A program made the position numbers and the translations under genes. A stretch of DNA of 64,000 nt, from positions 3,658,001 through 3,722,000 of the forward strand of contig CM074811.1 in the NCBI GenBank assembly GCA_037447605.1. Direction: 5' to 3'. The notes under the pieces are model-generated. The model worked only from the letters and a program-made list of their open reading frames with translations. It was not told where the DNA came from and did not search any database. The DNA is from Zygnema circumcarinatum SAG 698-1b (Eukaryota > Plantae > Zygnematophyceae). This document shows positions 51,646 to 64,000 of the stretch, piece by piece; within the stretch, counting starts at the first letter, position 1, and each line of letters starts with the position of its first letter.

Positions 51646-53061
51646 AGGTCCGCAGTCAGAAGATATGTGCGTGGCATTTCCCTGACATTTTCTGCCTTGA
51701 ACATGACAGGTTCCTCTGTAAAAGTCCCAGTTTGTTTATATTGATGGTTCAGGCTGAACACGAAAATTCCATCCGGTGTACGAATAGTGCTTGGAGTTGC
51801 GTATCATTGGTTGAAAGGGTGTTCGGGTGACCTGAAGCTCGACTATAATGGCAATCGTGGTGGAAGTTGTGCATTGTTGATTTGAACTAGGCACCAATGT
51901 ATTTGCAACAGGTTGATTTGGCATCTGTTTGCATCTCGCTTCCTGGCAGCAGAGCGGCTAAACAGAGGGGTATTTGGCATGTCAGGTACAGTTCTTCTAG
52001 GCGGTTCGGCAGTGATGCGGGTTCCCGCAGGCTCAGAGCCAGGCCCAAAGCAGGTTTCATGCGAATCCGAAGCCAAGCCGGGGAAAGGGAGGGGGATTAC
52101 AATCGATCTCCTTCATACCACAAGGGCTAGGGGAGCTCAGCATGTGCGCATGGTGCCTTGCAGGCGACTAGAGGAATTGCCGGCACATGGGCAAAATGCA
52201 CGGGCTGCCCAATTTCTCCATCCCTCCCTCTTTCTTTTACTGTATGACAAGGACACGTGATAGGGCTTCAAGTTCTGCGGGATGCCAACCTCTTGCAGGG
52301 GAGAGCGCTCTAGAGGGATCTACCGGTTAGGAGTCTCGATCATGTCTGTACATGCTGTACTAGCGTTGAACTGCCAGTGGCACTTGTGAGGACGCCCATT
52401 CAGGCGGAAGTGGTAGAGGGCGCAGCGCTGTCACATTCTGCGGACTGTCGGGCACACAACCTGCAGGAAGGATGCATCGAGGAATTTGGGGGAGGGGGGT
52501 GGGGGGTTAGAACATTATCTGCCTTTTGGAGGACCGCATGCTGCCGACTGCTGCGGGGTGCGGCTGCCTCGTCTGTAATGCTTCCGAGGCCGCCCCGGCT
52601 TTACCCCATGCGAACAATAAGATGCGCCTGTTCCAATCAAGGGAACGGCGAATAAAGGCAAAGCACCAAATTCATTCTCACACGTTAAAAATGTTCTCAT
52701 CGTGTGGGCTGTGCTAGACTGGTATGAAAGTGAAGGCAGGGAGTCGCAGAAGCTCTGCGTCCTCTGGGTGGGCCACTCGTCTCACAAAGTTGAGCCCCGT
52801 GAAGAGAGATATAATAGGCGACAGCGTGGAGACCCATCTGTCACCATTTACGCGCAAAACGACCTGAGAGAATCCGAACGAAGCAAGGTGTTGATTTCAA
52901 GGTTAAGCGAAGCTTGAACTTTTGAGAGAATCACATCGGACTTTTCAGATACATGGCAAAGTCATCGTAGAGTTAGCATGGAAATTCACCGTTAATCTTA
53001 GACGCCTCATATTCATTCAGAGAAGAAAAAAGTCCGAATAAACTTCTAGTTTCACCAAAGT

Positions 53062-53161
53062 NNNNNNNNNNNNNNNNNNNNNNNNNNNNNNNNNNNNNNN
53101 NNNNNNNNNNNNNNNNNNNNNNNNNNNNNNNNNNNNNNNNNNNNNNNNNNNNNNNNNNNNN
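53062..53161. other. Assembly gap (100 N)
   Basis: N run; contiguity across it is not guaranteed. Confidence 1.
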
Positions 53162-53660
53162 AGCTGCCCTGGAGTGGAGCAAGTGGATGAAGTGATCGCT
53201 GTCTCAATGTATGACCTTGGCCATGGCCATGGCCATGGCCATGGCCGTGCAGTGATCACAAGGGATCATCCAGCGCATGCTGTGCTGCTGCCATTGACAG
53301 CAGCACGCCTGGGCTCAGACAAGGACATGTTGTCTGAATCAGACACCCCGGTTACTCTACTCCATACATTTTGAAAGCTAGAACTCTCCAATTTGGTAAC
53401 TAGTAGACTTTGTGTGTCACTGTCACCTGCCCCTGTGTCTGGTTGGCTTTCCTGAGTCCCTCTCGAACGCATTAACCAGCTCCAATTAATGGCTCGAGTC
53501 CAACTCGATCGGGTAGAGCACATTTCGAAGCAGCCTGCCACCACTGCACGCACCGTGAACGTAGCAGAGAATTTGTGGGGACCGTCTGAACTTGGTTCCA
53601 TGGCGCCTTGTGCTGTAGAAGAAGCGCGGCCCCCGCAAACACTTCACACTTCACAGATCG

Positions 53661-53885
53661 GACCATTGAATCAACCATTCGAATGTTGCCAACCATTGGA
53701 GGGGTTAGGAACCATTGCATCCAATGGTTGGCAACCATCGGAATGATTCCGATTCATTGGCGCCGGACAGAACCAACCGTTCAAACGGTTCCAAACCATT
53801 GGATGCCAATTCGAATGGTTACGAACCATTGGACGTCCAACCATTGCCATCCAATGGTTCTCCAATGGTTGCCAATCCAATGGTC
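53661..53885. repeat. Degenerate palindromic AACCATTG/CAATGGTT satellite
   Basis: Many aaccatt(g/c) and (c/g)aatggt motifs in both orientations, e.g. aaccattgcatccaatggtt and aaccattgccatccaatggtt. Confidence 0.8.
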
Positions 53886-54068
53886 CGACTTGTGAAACGC
53901 TTGGATCTTGGCGGTAATTAAAGAGAATGGCCAGGGTTCAGTCAGGGCAGCATATTCTGCACCAATTTTGAACCCGATCTCCAAAGGACGACCGACAGAC
54001 CCAGGCCATGGCATAAATACGGACCATCAAACGCAATTTTAGAACTCCATAACTCTGCTGGGAAGTGT

Positions 54069-56768
54069 TCAGGCCATGATCTTTCTCGACTTGGCATAAA
54101 GACTATCTACCACTTTGCTCATGTTCGCTAAAGTATCTAAAGCACAAGAGTATATAGGGTCGACAGGAGCCTCGTCAAACACCAGCAAGCATCCGGCTCC
54201 CTGGTCAAGGGTGCCCTCAAACTTGTGATCCAAAATCATTTGCGAAAGTTTCACTTCCACCTGCATGTGAGAACACCACAAACAAACAACTGTAAGAACC
54301 TTTGAAAAAGGGCCCCACTCAGTGAGCAACGGTGCCTAAATTCCGAAAAGCATCATCCTGCTGCTTGTACACATTTCTGACACTAAACAACATTGCAGCT
54401 TGTGGAGATCGTGTTATACGAGCTACGCTCAGCCTATGAAAGTTACAAGTCACTGGGAACTCACCTGCTCAATTGGTAGGCCAATTAGTTCGGCAATATG
54501 GGAAATCTCAACCCTAGAAAATGGCTCAATTAAACGTGCCAGATTCTGCTCCAACAGTGTATCGTACAAGGCTGTAAGGTGGCGGTCAATAATAGGGTCA
54601 TCCGAGAGCTGCTCTTTGTAGGACTTCAATGTCTCCTCGAAAGTCTGCACGCTCACAACAGGCACAATATGATTTTAAGGTGGCAGTTATTCTCATTTGC
54701 ATCGCACTAACCATTACGACTGCATCCAGGGTGCGGGTGAGCAAGAGACATGCGGGAAATTGTAGACAGAAAATGCTCATAACCCATTGAATTCCAGAAA
54801 TGAAGTGCGATTGGGAAAAAAGAACAGTAAGTTCCGTGCACCTATTCCCTTTTCAACTCCAGGCATGCATGCTCCATCCTTCCACTAGGCACTAAAGCAC
54901 AGCATAATGCTCCACCCACATGAATGACTGCAGCACTTGAAGTCTAACGTCAGACTCTCCCTCACAACGTTTATTTAAGCATGAGGTTCGATTGGATACT
55001 TTCTTCCAAATCCAAACATTACCCTCAGAAAACAGTGAAAAAGGACAGACTCCCAAAAACACTTACCACAGCAGAGATAGCAACAGTGCACAATTTATCT
55101 CCAATCGCTAGGTACACAATTTAACTAGCAGTTACAATCGGTTCGGACATGACATAATTTGATGAACTAAACATTATTGCATGTCACCATGACTTCTTCG
55201 CTACCATTTGTTCTCAATCTGCGCAACACTCTTGAAACTATTAGACCAATATATTTCGTCCTCCATTATGTTATGCAGGATGCTCCGAACCGGACTACTT
55301 AACGTCTTTCCCGAACAGACGTGTTAAATTGCACCTACAAACACTATTCAATAACTTATGCCCATTCCTTGAACATATGAATGTTTTCACTAGTCACCCT
55401 CCCCGCCATGTCTGCAGCCTCGCTTTGGAAGTGAAAGCAGACAACCTAGGAGAATGAGAATTCCATAGCATATGTAACAGCGATGAAAGACATGGAAAAT
55501 TACTAGAGAACAATACCTGTAAGGAGCGCTTGCTATGCGCATCAGCAACTGCCTTCATGGCATCCAGTTCTGGGCCCGTGTACTTGAGGCCTGCTTTAGT
55601 GGCGATGATGCTGTGGACGTCCTCTGCTTGATTGGTCATTATCTGCCCATAAAGATCACCCCATGAGAGATATTCAGTCTTTCGACCGCTCCGGCGTACC
55701 CGACGTCCAAGGGTGGTGAAGGAGCAGTGCGTGATTGGGCACAGCGAGGAATTCAAACTGCGAACGAAATGGTCACAGACGAAAGTAGAAGAGAATTGGC
55801 CTCTGCAACATCCTCCGCCAACGAAAAAAATCCACCAGGAAATTGCAAATTCAATAAATAGATTTGTTATTGAGATTTTCATTCAACAGACGCTAGACTT
55901 TCGGCTGCGCTGGAAGATAATTTACCTTACAAAGCAGCATGTACTTGAGACATAGTACTGCCTTCGGATCGTCAAGAGCATTAAATCCCTCGAATGCCTC
56001 ATAAAAGTATGAATACGCTGTCTTATAGTCCTTCTCCTCGGCATGCAAAATGCCGGACTGCATATCAATTTGGCCCTGTTGTGCAGGCGGCACGTAGATA
56101 GCGTTGGCTGCTGTCCTCGCGGCGGTGAGCGCCGCCTTGGCCTTGAGCAGATTGCGGAGTTGATGGTGCAGGCGGCTCTCCAGCAGGTCGATGTCCACGA
56201 GCAGAAGCTTGTCGTCCAGCCGCCGCACTTCGCGCACCAGACTGGTGATGATGGCCAGCGCCTTCTGGTACTCACGCGTGTCCATGTACAGCGCAGCCAG
56301 GCGCGCCTCCACGCGCTGCCGCAGGAACGTGCGTTTCTCCTGCCGCGTCCACTCCACCATCTCCTTGCAGAGCTCCAGCTGCAGCAGGGTGGTGCCGGGA
56401 ACCTTGGCCACCTCGTCGATGATCGTCCGAACGATTTTGGCGGTCTTGGCCTTCGGAATGAGGGCGAAGTACGGGAGCAGGTCGGTGAGGAGAGCCCGGT
56501 TCTCTTCAGCCCTGCCGGTCTTGGAGAGGAGCTCAGCCAGACTCAATATGGCGTTCTCCTTCACCCGGAGGGCTTCCGAGGATGAGGAGTCGTCTTGAAT
56601 AATGCTGCGGTACACGGCAATCGCCTCGGCTGGACTGATGTCGTGCAGCTCCGCGGCTCTCTCCAGCGACTCCGTGGTCGCCGCAGCGGAGGCGGAGGAG
56701 AGCGGCTCGTCTGTGGCCATAAAGCTTTCCGCAGCGCCAGTGCTCGCAGTGGGGGCCGCGGCTGCCAT
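54069..56768 (-). CDS. RPN6: 26S proteasome lid subunit RPN6/PSMD11; 4 exons
   Basis: Exon 1 56768-55926 ([86 protein letters not shown]). Later exons carry the PCI domain ([26 protein letters not shown]; KLSQMILD...GTLDQG). Confidence 0.97.
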
Positions 56769-57362
56769 GGCGGGCGAGCAGGCAGGGGCAGGAGCAGGGG
56801 CAGGAGCAGGAGCTGGAACAGGAGGCAGCCTACCCGTCCCGCCCCGCTCGAAGCGGCCCGGCCCTGCCCGGCCCGGCCTCGGCTTTGGCCTTGGCGTGGC
56901 TTGGCTCGCTGGCTGGCCGGCTCGCCGCGCGCCGTGGTCGACCGACCGAGCGAGTAGCGAGCGGGGGAGGGCAGCGGGTCGAGTCGAGTCGAGTCGAGTC
57001 GATCGCGGCGAGTCAGGTCAGGTCCGGTTCGGTCTGCGGCAGTCGGGCGGGCGGGCAAGCCAGGTCAGGCCAGCCCTGCCGCTACAGTGGCCGCTAATCG
57101 CGCTACAGCGGCCCGTGCTCGCGCTACAGCCGACGCCGTTGGGCTAAAAGCCCGTACGAAAGTGGCACTCCTCGCGAGCGCCACGTGGCGGGGCACGTGG
57201 CGCCACGCGCGGAGTCGCCATCATCCCCTGCGCGGGCACGGGTACGGGGGCACGGGCATGCGCGGGGGCAGGGAGGGAGCAGGGGCAGGGAAAGGGAAAG
57301 GGAGAGGGAGAGCGAGAGGGAGAGGGAGAGCGAGAGGGAGAGGGAGAGGGAGGAGGGAGGGA

Positions 57363-57372
57363 NNNNNNNNNN
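57363..57372. other. Assembly gap (10 N) in GA-rich 5' region
   Basis: N run. Confidence 1.
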
Positions 57373-57445
57373 GGAAGGGGGAGGGGAAGGGGGAGGGAGA
57401 GGGGAAGGGGAGGGAGAGGGGGAGAAAGAGAGGGAGAGGGAGGTC

Positions 57446-60400
57446 ATGGCCATGGCCGGCCTCTCGGGGTGGCTGTACCACGTCACGGAGGGCGGGGGTG
57501 GGGGCGGGGGCGGACCCGTGCTGCTGCGCCGCTTCGTCGCGCTCTCGGGCCGCCGCATCGCCATGTACGCCGAGGACCCCACGCTCAAGCCCCTCGAGGT
57601 CCGCCTCTCCCTTCAACACCTTGCACGCGTGCGAGTACAGATTCAAAAATTATTACTTCGGCTAAAGCTGGAATTGCGAATGCAGATTCGTGTCATTTTT
57701 TCGGAACTGCTTTTAATTCTCTCTCGTGGTTCGTCACTGTGCTTCCGCATCTCATGCACAGAAGCCTGTAAGGCGAGGTGTGGCAGGCCTGCACCAGCGG
57801 GTTGAGGATCTCGGCCGACAGACATTTGAAGACGGCAAGGTCAGTCTAAGAATGTACTCTTTGGCGCGCTCACCTTTTCGGTCGAGGTTTCTTTTGCTGT
57901 GAAGCCAACAGAGCGTGCACTTTTTATGCTGTTATCCTCCGTGTGTTTTGCCACTGTCAGCCCTCGGGCAATTTCCAGTATTAGAGTTTTCCGCTGAATG
58001 CTTAGCGCATTTAGCGAGTAAGGTCTGCAACTCTCTCCAGTCAATAGTACTACAACAGCACATACGAGGCAAATTGAGATGACCCGTGCGGGAGGTGTCT
58101 CCTGGCAACTTAGAGAACTCCAAGGATACAATAGACTTTCTATCAACTCGCAAGTATTCTGACCTTTAAACATGGCTTCGTGGAACCATTCTCTGCAAGT
58201 TGCAGAGGGCGTTATTGCTCTGAAGTGTGGGCATATGATTGCAGGTGTTACATGTTTTACGGCTGTACAACGAGTTGGACCCTACCAAGGAGGGGAAGGT
58301 AACAATGTTCAATCTAACCATTGACCTCGCATTTGTATCACACAACAAGTTGCGACAGCGCCAACTGCTGTACTAGTGTCATTCGTTTGTAGTCTAGTCA
58401 ACTTTGTTCGATATGCCTTATTTAGATGCCTGTAAACAGGTCAGTTTCAGAATGCCTTGTTCGACTGTTCCTATGTGGTCCAAGTCCGGGTATGTTCGCC
58501 ATATTATAGACGAGTTGATATGGAAGCAGGCTTCTGGGAGGTTCAGTTTGGCTGTTCCAGCGCAGAGGCGGCTCAGCTCTGGATTTCAGCTTTCCGGAAT
58601 GCTCAAGAAGTGGTATTCTTTTCTCAACCGTATATGTCCGATTGCACTCTACTTCAACAATTTATGGACTAGGGCGCATACTATACCTTATTCTGATGTT
58701 TATTGTCGAATACCTTGACGTCTGGAGGGATTGCCAGTAGGAGCAATCCAGGAAATCTAAAGCTCAGTTTCGGTGGTGGTCCCTTGTTTGAGCAATCCAG
58801 ACGGAGAAGGAAATGAAAACCTTGGGCAGTGACAATAACTTGCCATTCCATCGACGAAAATCGTTAGATTTTTCCCAAACCGTTGAGAGAGGGGTCAGGT
58901 ATTATGTCTTTAATGACCATTATCTATTAGCGGAGCAGAAGTGAAAGTAAATCATTGCATAATTACTAGAATCTGTTTTTCTCGCCTTAAAGATTAAAAA
59001 AAAAAAAAAAATTAATTTAAAGATTTCAGTCAGTGTCAGATCTCAGGAAGGTAGCATTGCTTATGTCAGGATTGGTTGAACCAAAGAACACTTGAGAGTT
59101 GGCGTATTGGCCTTGAATCTTGAAGGTGAAATCACTTCTGAAATATTGTCCAGCACAATGGGCGCAGTGATAGTGTTCACATCCCAGACGAGGCTGACCC
59201 ATTCCCGGGTTTCCATCGCTTGCTGACACTCGAGAAAAGTAAGAGCCAGCCCCTTAAGTTCACCTTTGTTTTGTTCAACCCACTTTTGTCTTTTCTGTCT
59301 GCCCTGACATGCCATGCCACCCTAAAAACCCTATGATGCCTCTTTCTATGGTCTAGCTAGAGCATTCTGCATAGCTCAAACTTAGGCGCAGTGCATGGTT
59401 TATTATTGGACCACAGTCTTCGTCACAGCAGAACAAGAAATGGATGCAAAAACGGGGGGTATTGGAAAGCATCCGGAATGCATCCGATGCTATTGACGTA
59501 GGCCAGAAGAAATGAATCTACGCTTACTTTTCTTGTGCAGGCTTGGAAGATCCCACAAACGATGCGGTGATGGCATCAGCATCTGGAGACGATGCCATGG
59601 AAACTGCGGACTGGCAGATATTCAAAGTGGCTGATGGTGTGCCACTTGTTCACTTTGAAAACCTACGGCCGACAAAGGCTGGGAGATTGGTTCCCTGATG
59701 GCTAGGCCGAAGATGCTGCTGGAAATACATATTTGTGGGTAGGATGCTTCAAACAGACCGCGAGAACTAAGCTCACACCCAGCTCTCATTGATCTCTTTG
59801 GCTTTGCTTCTTTGAATCAGTGGCTTTGGGGCATTCCGGGGTGGGGTTCTTGCTTGCAGGGCTGCGCTTCTTTGAGGACATAAACGCATCCAAGGTGCCG
59901 CTCTCACAGCCCTCTTTTGGTCGGGCTTCCGAGTTTGCATCCCGATGGTGCTGTTCTTCGGGGGTGGAGGGACGGGAGTATGAGCAGGTGTTGTGTCCTT
60001 TGGAAAATCACTAGCTTTTTGTAGGCCCTTTTGTGATGCGTTCAAGGAAGGTGCTGAGTCTTATCAGTCCGATCGATGAAGGCATCCCACTTATGCAGGC
60101 CGTCTTTTTCTTGCCTCATTCATCCAGTTCATTCAGTTTGAGTGCAACAATCATTTACCATCTATGAGGTTTTTTCTTACAGCTTTTGTTTTCGTTGCAC
60201 ACAATGCTTTGCAATTTAGCTCGTCAAAAGAGTTTCCGTAAATTCGCAGTTTTCATAAAGTGAATCCTGACCTCGCCTTCGCAGAATCAATACACCTGCA
60301 AAAATACATACTTTTTTTTCACTAGCAGCACCTCTGACGATTTATTGTGCTTATGACATGTCTTACAGGTAGACACAAGTGGGGTGATAGTGAGGGCAGT

Positions 60401-63400
60401 CGGCACAGTGGACGCTTCAGCAGATGCAGTGTTTGAGTTGCTAATGAACACTGACAAGCACTTCCGATCTCTGTAAGCCAATTTGGACTATTGTAGTTGT
60501 CTCGATCCACCTCATTTTCTGTTCAAAGTCAAGGTTCAGCAAGTTTCAGTTATTTAAGTGCTTCCTAATTACCAGTTCCAGTCGCTTTTGGGCAGTTTGC
60601 TGGCGTGCCACCCGCGTTTTCTGCATAATGCATTCTATGTCTGTAAAGTCAGAATCGTCCAACTCACGACAGACACCTTTGGAGTGCACTCGTTTGCTTG
60701 ACTTACGTGAGTGGTTACAGTGGTTACATGAGCACATGTACATGTACGGGGTCTCGAATTTGAAAATCCATGAACGAAAGCATTGATGGTCGCTATCGAA
60801 AGCTTCTACTAATTAGTTGTTAGCTTGTCCTCGATTGTTTGTTACACAGGTGGGATCCTCTAACAACAGTTACTGAGATTGTTGAAGTGATTGATGGTCA
60901 TAATGATATCTTGTACTCGTACATTCCGAGCAAATACCTTAAGCAGTACGCCCACTCTGCCCCCCCTTTATCTGCTTCTCCTTCACTTTAGGGAATTGAT
61001 GGACTCCTCTTATGGCTTCTTATGTTGAAGCGTAAGCGCGGAGCTCTTGGACTGATTCTGTGGGCCGTAGTTGACAGGTTGATCGACTTTATTGTGCTCT
61101 ACATGGCATGAAATTGCTTCGGATGTTGAAAGGTCTTGGTCGGTTTCTTAAGGGGAGGGCTTAGCTGTACCTTGGGTTGACAGATGGCAGCGTGACCGGG
61201 ACGTGGTCTACTCACGCTATTGGAGACGAGATCAAGATGGCTCTTACTGTGAGTTATAGCCTTGTTCACGTTTCCTTGCTATGTCACATGGTTCGCTGAG
61301 CTCGCTTTGCTGGAGAGTTTCTTACAGCCACATTGTTCTTGTTTCATCTGAGGGTGAATCATGGAAAACGATGAATATTTCGACGGCTCTATGTTTCTTT
61401 CCAAATATTCGTGTATCTGTGGAACATTCTGTCAGGATCCTCTTTAAGAGAGAAAACGATTACTGGTAAGAAGCATGAATGAGGTTTCCTTGTATTGTCC
61501 ATTGCCTCCTGGTCCTGGCAGGCCACTCACTGAATTCTGCATCATCGGGAGTGGCACTGCAGCTATTGCGCAATTCGCCACATCGCATCCGAACAAACCA
61601 CCTGTCAATGGTGTTGTACGCATCGACAGCAGTCGTAAGTTGTGAGGGAAGTGACCCTCTGCTTGTGGATAAAGAGAGTGTGGCATTCACTGAAAACCTG
61701 TCGTACGAAATCACGTTTCTTTTGGAGATGCTGTGTGAAAGCCTTTGCTTTCCTTTCCTTTGCGGGTGCAGCCGGTGCGTGGGAGGTGGTCCCCCTCCCC
61801 CCTCGGCCGGGCGGGGGGGCGCGCTCTCTCCTCCGGCACACGCTTGAGCTGACGGCGGGCGGCTGGGCGAAGTGGCGGCCCACCTATTATGCGGACTTTG
61901 AACAGACGGTGCCGTACGTCTCGCTCATGCGGATTGCCGGTAGGTGGTCAATGCACACACAAGGTTGTTGTCGTCTGGCGGAGTTGGTGTTGGGATGATG
62001 ACTGTGGGAAGTAGGAAGTAACCAGTAGTAGTAGTAAGTTAAGTTTATTCAGCAGAAGAAGGGTATATTCCTTCGCTTTCAGGCAACACCTTTTGAGTTT
62101 TGGCGACACCCAAGAGCTTTGTCTATATCTTCCAAAGCTTATAGAGGCGCATGCGTGAATTTAGAGCTGGGGAGGCTTGTTGCTTGTTTGGCGTTTGCTT
62201 TTCGTTTTTGTACGTTCAAGGAGGGTTCACACTGTGTGAGGTTCACATTGCAGTTACTATTTGTGAGGGCGACCTTCTGAATGCAGATATATTAACTGTC
62301 ACTCGGGCGATGATTCTTGTCACAGCATCTCATTGACACCATTAGCAGTAAACTCCTTCATGGATGCCCTCCCTGAATGGATGGGGGAACTCCTCCCTGA
62401 TCGATAGTGCAAGCTAACCTTTACTAGGCTTCCTTTCTTGAAATCCACACACGTGCTGTTATTCAAGGTTGTCGTTTTCAAGGCTTCATTTGCTAAGAAG
62501 TTGTGCTCGTACTGATTTGGTTCGTTTACTGCCATCATGTCCCCCACAGGTATGAGGGAATTTTTCAATTCAAGGACAGCTCCATGGGCCTCTGTGGAGA
62601 GCGGTCGTGTCTCCGTCCAGCCTGCACCAACGTCAGACTTGCCACGTGGCACACCAGAATCTCTCGACTCTGACGATATGAATGAGGAGTTCCATGACGC
62701 CATCGCTGTGCCCTATGAAGATGAGGAGTACGCTGCCAGCAAATCCGTAAGCAGGCATTCTCACTTCTGAGTTGCCTACTTCAATTTCATGCTAGTTGTT
62801 ATGTGTTTGTCGGTTTGTTGGTAAGCACTGCCACTCATGTTGATGATTCTCGCAGGATCGAGCCAAGAGCCACTGGCGTGAGGTCCGGTGGAGTGTCCAA
62901 GTCAGGGAGCAATTGAAGTCGTTGCACAAACAACGTAAGTTTCTGTTTCCGTGACCTGCTGTCTGTCAAAACAATGACTGCTTCCATGCAGCTTACGCCT
63001 ATCATCATCTGCTGCTTCCTTCATATAGCATCTGTTTTTGCAACTTAGTTTTTGAAGGGCTTGGATAATCATACACAGCTTTATATGACAGTGAATTATT
63101 GGAGGGTGTTGCGAAAGTGCACAGTTAAGTTTCAGGTACCTTCTGCTGTCTTGGGCCAAAAAAAAAAAAAAAAATAGCACTACGCTGCAGGTATAGAAGC
63201 ATGTTGGGTGTTGCATAGTGACACTGGTTGCATAGCACGAAATGGGGCTCTTCTACGGATGCTTTCGATAAATTTGTTACACTACTTAAATTAGGAGTGG
63301 AAAGGATGCGAGTGTTGTTGGGGTATCGTGTAGGCAACCTCCGGCGAGCTTGTTTTAGGGCGCTCTCTTCGATCGCCGTTCTAAATCCAGTTTTTCGCGT

Positions 63401-64000
63401 GTGCTTTTTCAGATACAGCTGTGGCACAGGGAGAAACGTGTCCACGTGACTTGGATAGCACCACAACGGCAATTGCAATGGATGGCTTAAAGATGAATGG
63501 AAGTCTGGCGAGGTGGCGGAGCACCAATGACACGAGCTGTTGGAGTGAGCCGGCTGCAAACGAGTTTGCTGTTCGGGGAGACTCGTACCTGCAGGACAGG
63601 GTGAAGGTCCGTAGCTCGGAGGTTTCTTCTTCTTGGGTCTCTTGCTTAATGCGTTCGAGCTGTTGAAATGGCTGCATGCAGATGAATGAGGCGGAGAGAT
63701 GTCAGTCAGAGTCAGTGCCAAGTGCGGTTGTTTTTGCTAGAACGAATGTCAGTTGGCTCATGATGAAACTGACGTACTTCTCAGACATGACTCTCGGTCA
63801 TTCAGTTACGGTTTCATCCTTTGGTTTCGGAGGTATGCAGAATTGGCTAGCTTGTGTAGCCTGTGGTACAAACGTTTCTACCAATCAATGACAGCCTGTA
63901 CTTTCATTGTGGATTGCGCTGTAAGGAAAAATGTCCCAGTAGTGTGGCAGCCCTCTAATTGCAAGGTACTGAGAAGATGCTGGAGTGCGCTGGGCAATGG
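57446..64000 (+). CDS. PH-START-DUF1336 (EDR2-like) lipid-binding protein, partial (continues past window)
   Basis: PH: LSGWLYHV...RRFVALSGRRIAMY, VLRLYNELD, FGCSSAEAAQLWISAFR. START: WQIFKVADG|LRFFED, RAVGTVDASADAVFELL, WD...EVIDGHNDILY, RDVVYSRYWRRDQDGSY. DUF1336 start: CWSEPAANEFAVRGDSYLQDRVK (~63540-63606). Confidence 0.85.

Noticed and set aside
56043-57147. Long + strand ORFs overlapping RPN6 exon 1
   Set aside because: Antisense shadows of a GC3-rich coding exon.

Overview
Eukaryotic nuclear scaffold from a green plant, most consistent with a streptophyte (charophyte-type) alga: intron-rich genes, GC-rich first exons and land-plant-like proteins. Bases 1-2364 are AT-rich plastid-type DNA (trnD-GUC, gap-truncated trnL-UAG, trnH-GUG, two sigma70-type promoters, hairpins). 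This block contains an apparently exact 600-bp direct repeat with a 1764-bp offset and is followed by a MITE/foldback-like element (~2451-3282). I reconstructed ten spliced nuclear genes by eye: a cyanobacterial-type lipid-A-disaccharide synthase LpxB with a ~115-aa N-terminal extension (11 exons), an uncharacterised coiled-coil protein, DNA polymerase delta subunit 4, chlorophyll(ide) b reductase NOL, a conserved plant 7TM-like membrane protein, a CIB/BPE-like bHLH, plastid adenylate kinase + DUF1995 (AMK5-type), a YTHDC/ECT12-like m6A reader, proteasome lid RPN6 and a PH-START-DUF1336 (EDR2-like) protein that runs off the window. Eight of the ten sit in four head-to-head pairs. There are four N-gaps and many micro/minisatellites. 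No CRISPR array, rRNA or intact transposase was found. The most interesting signal is the intron-containing, cyanobacteria-like LpxB, which differs from the mitochondrial LpxB type of land plants. All family assignments come from motif recall, not database searches.
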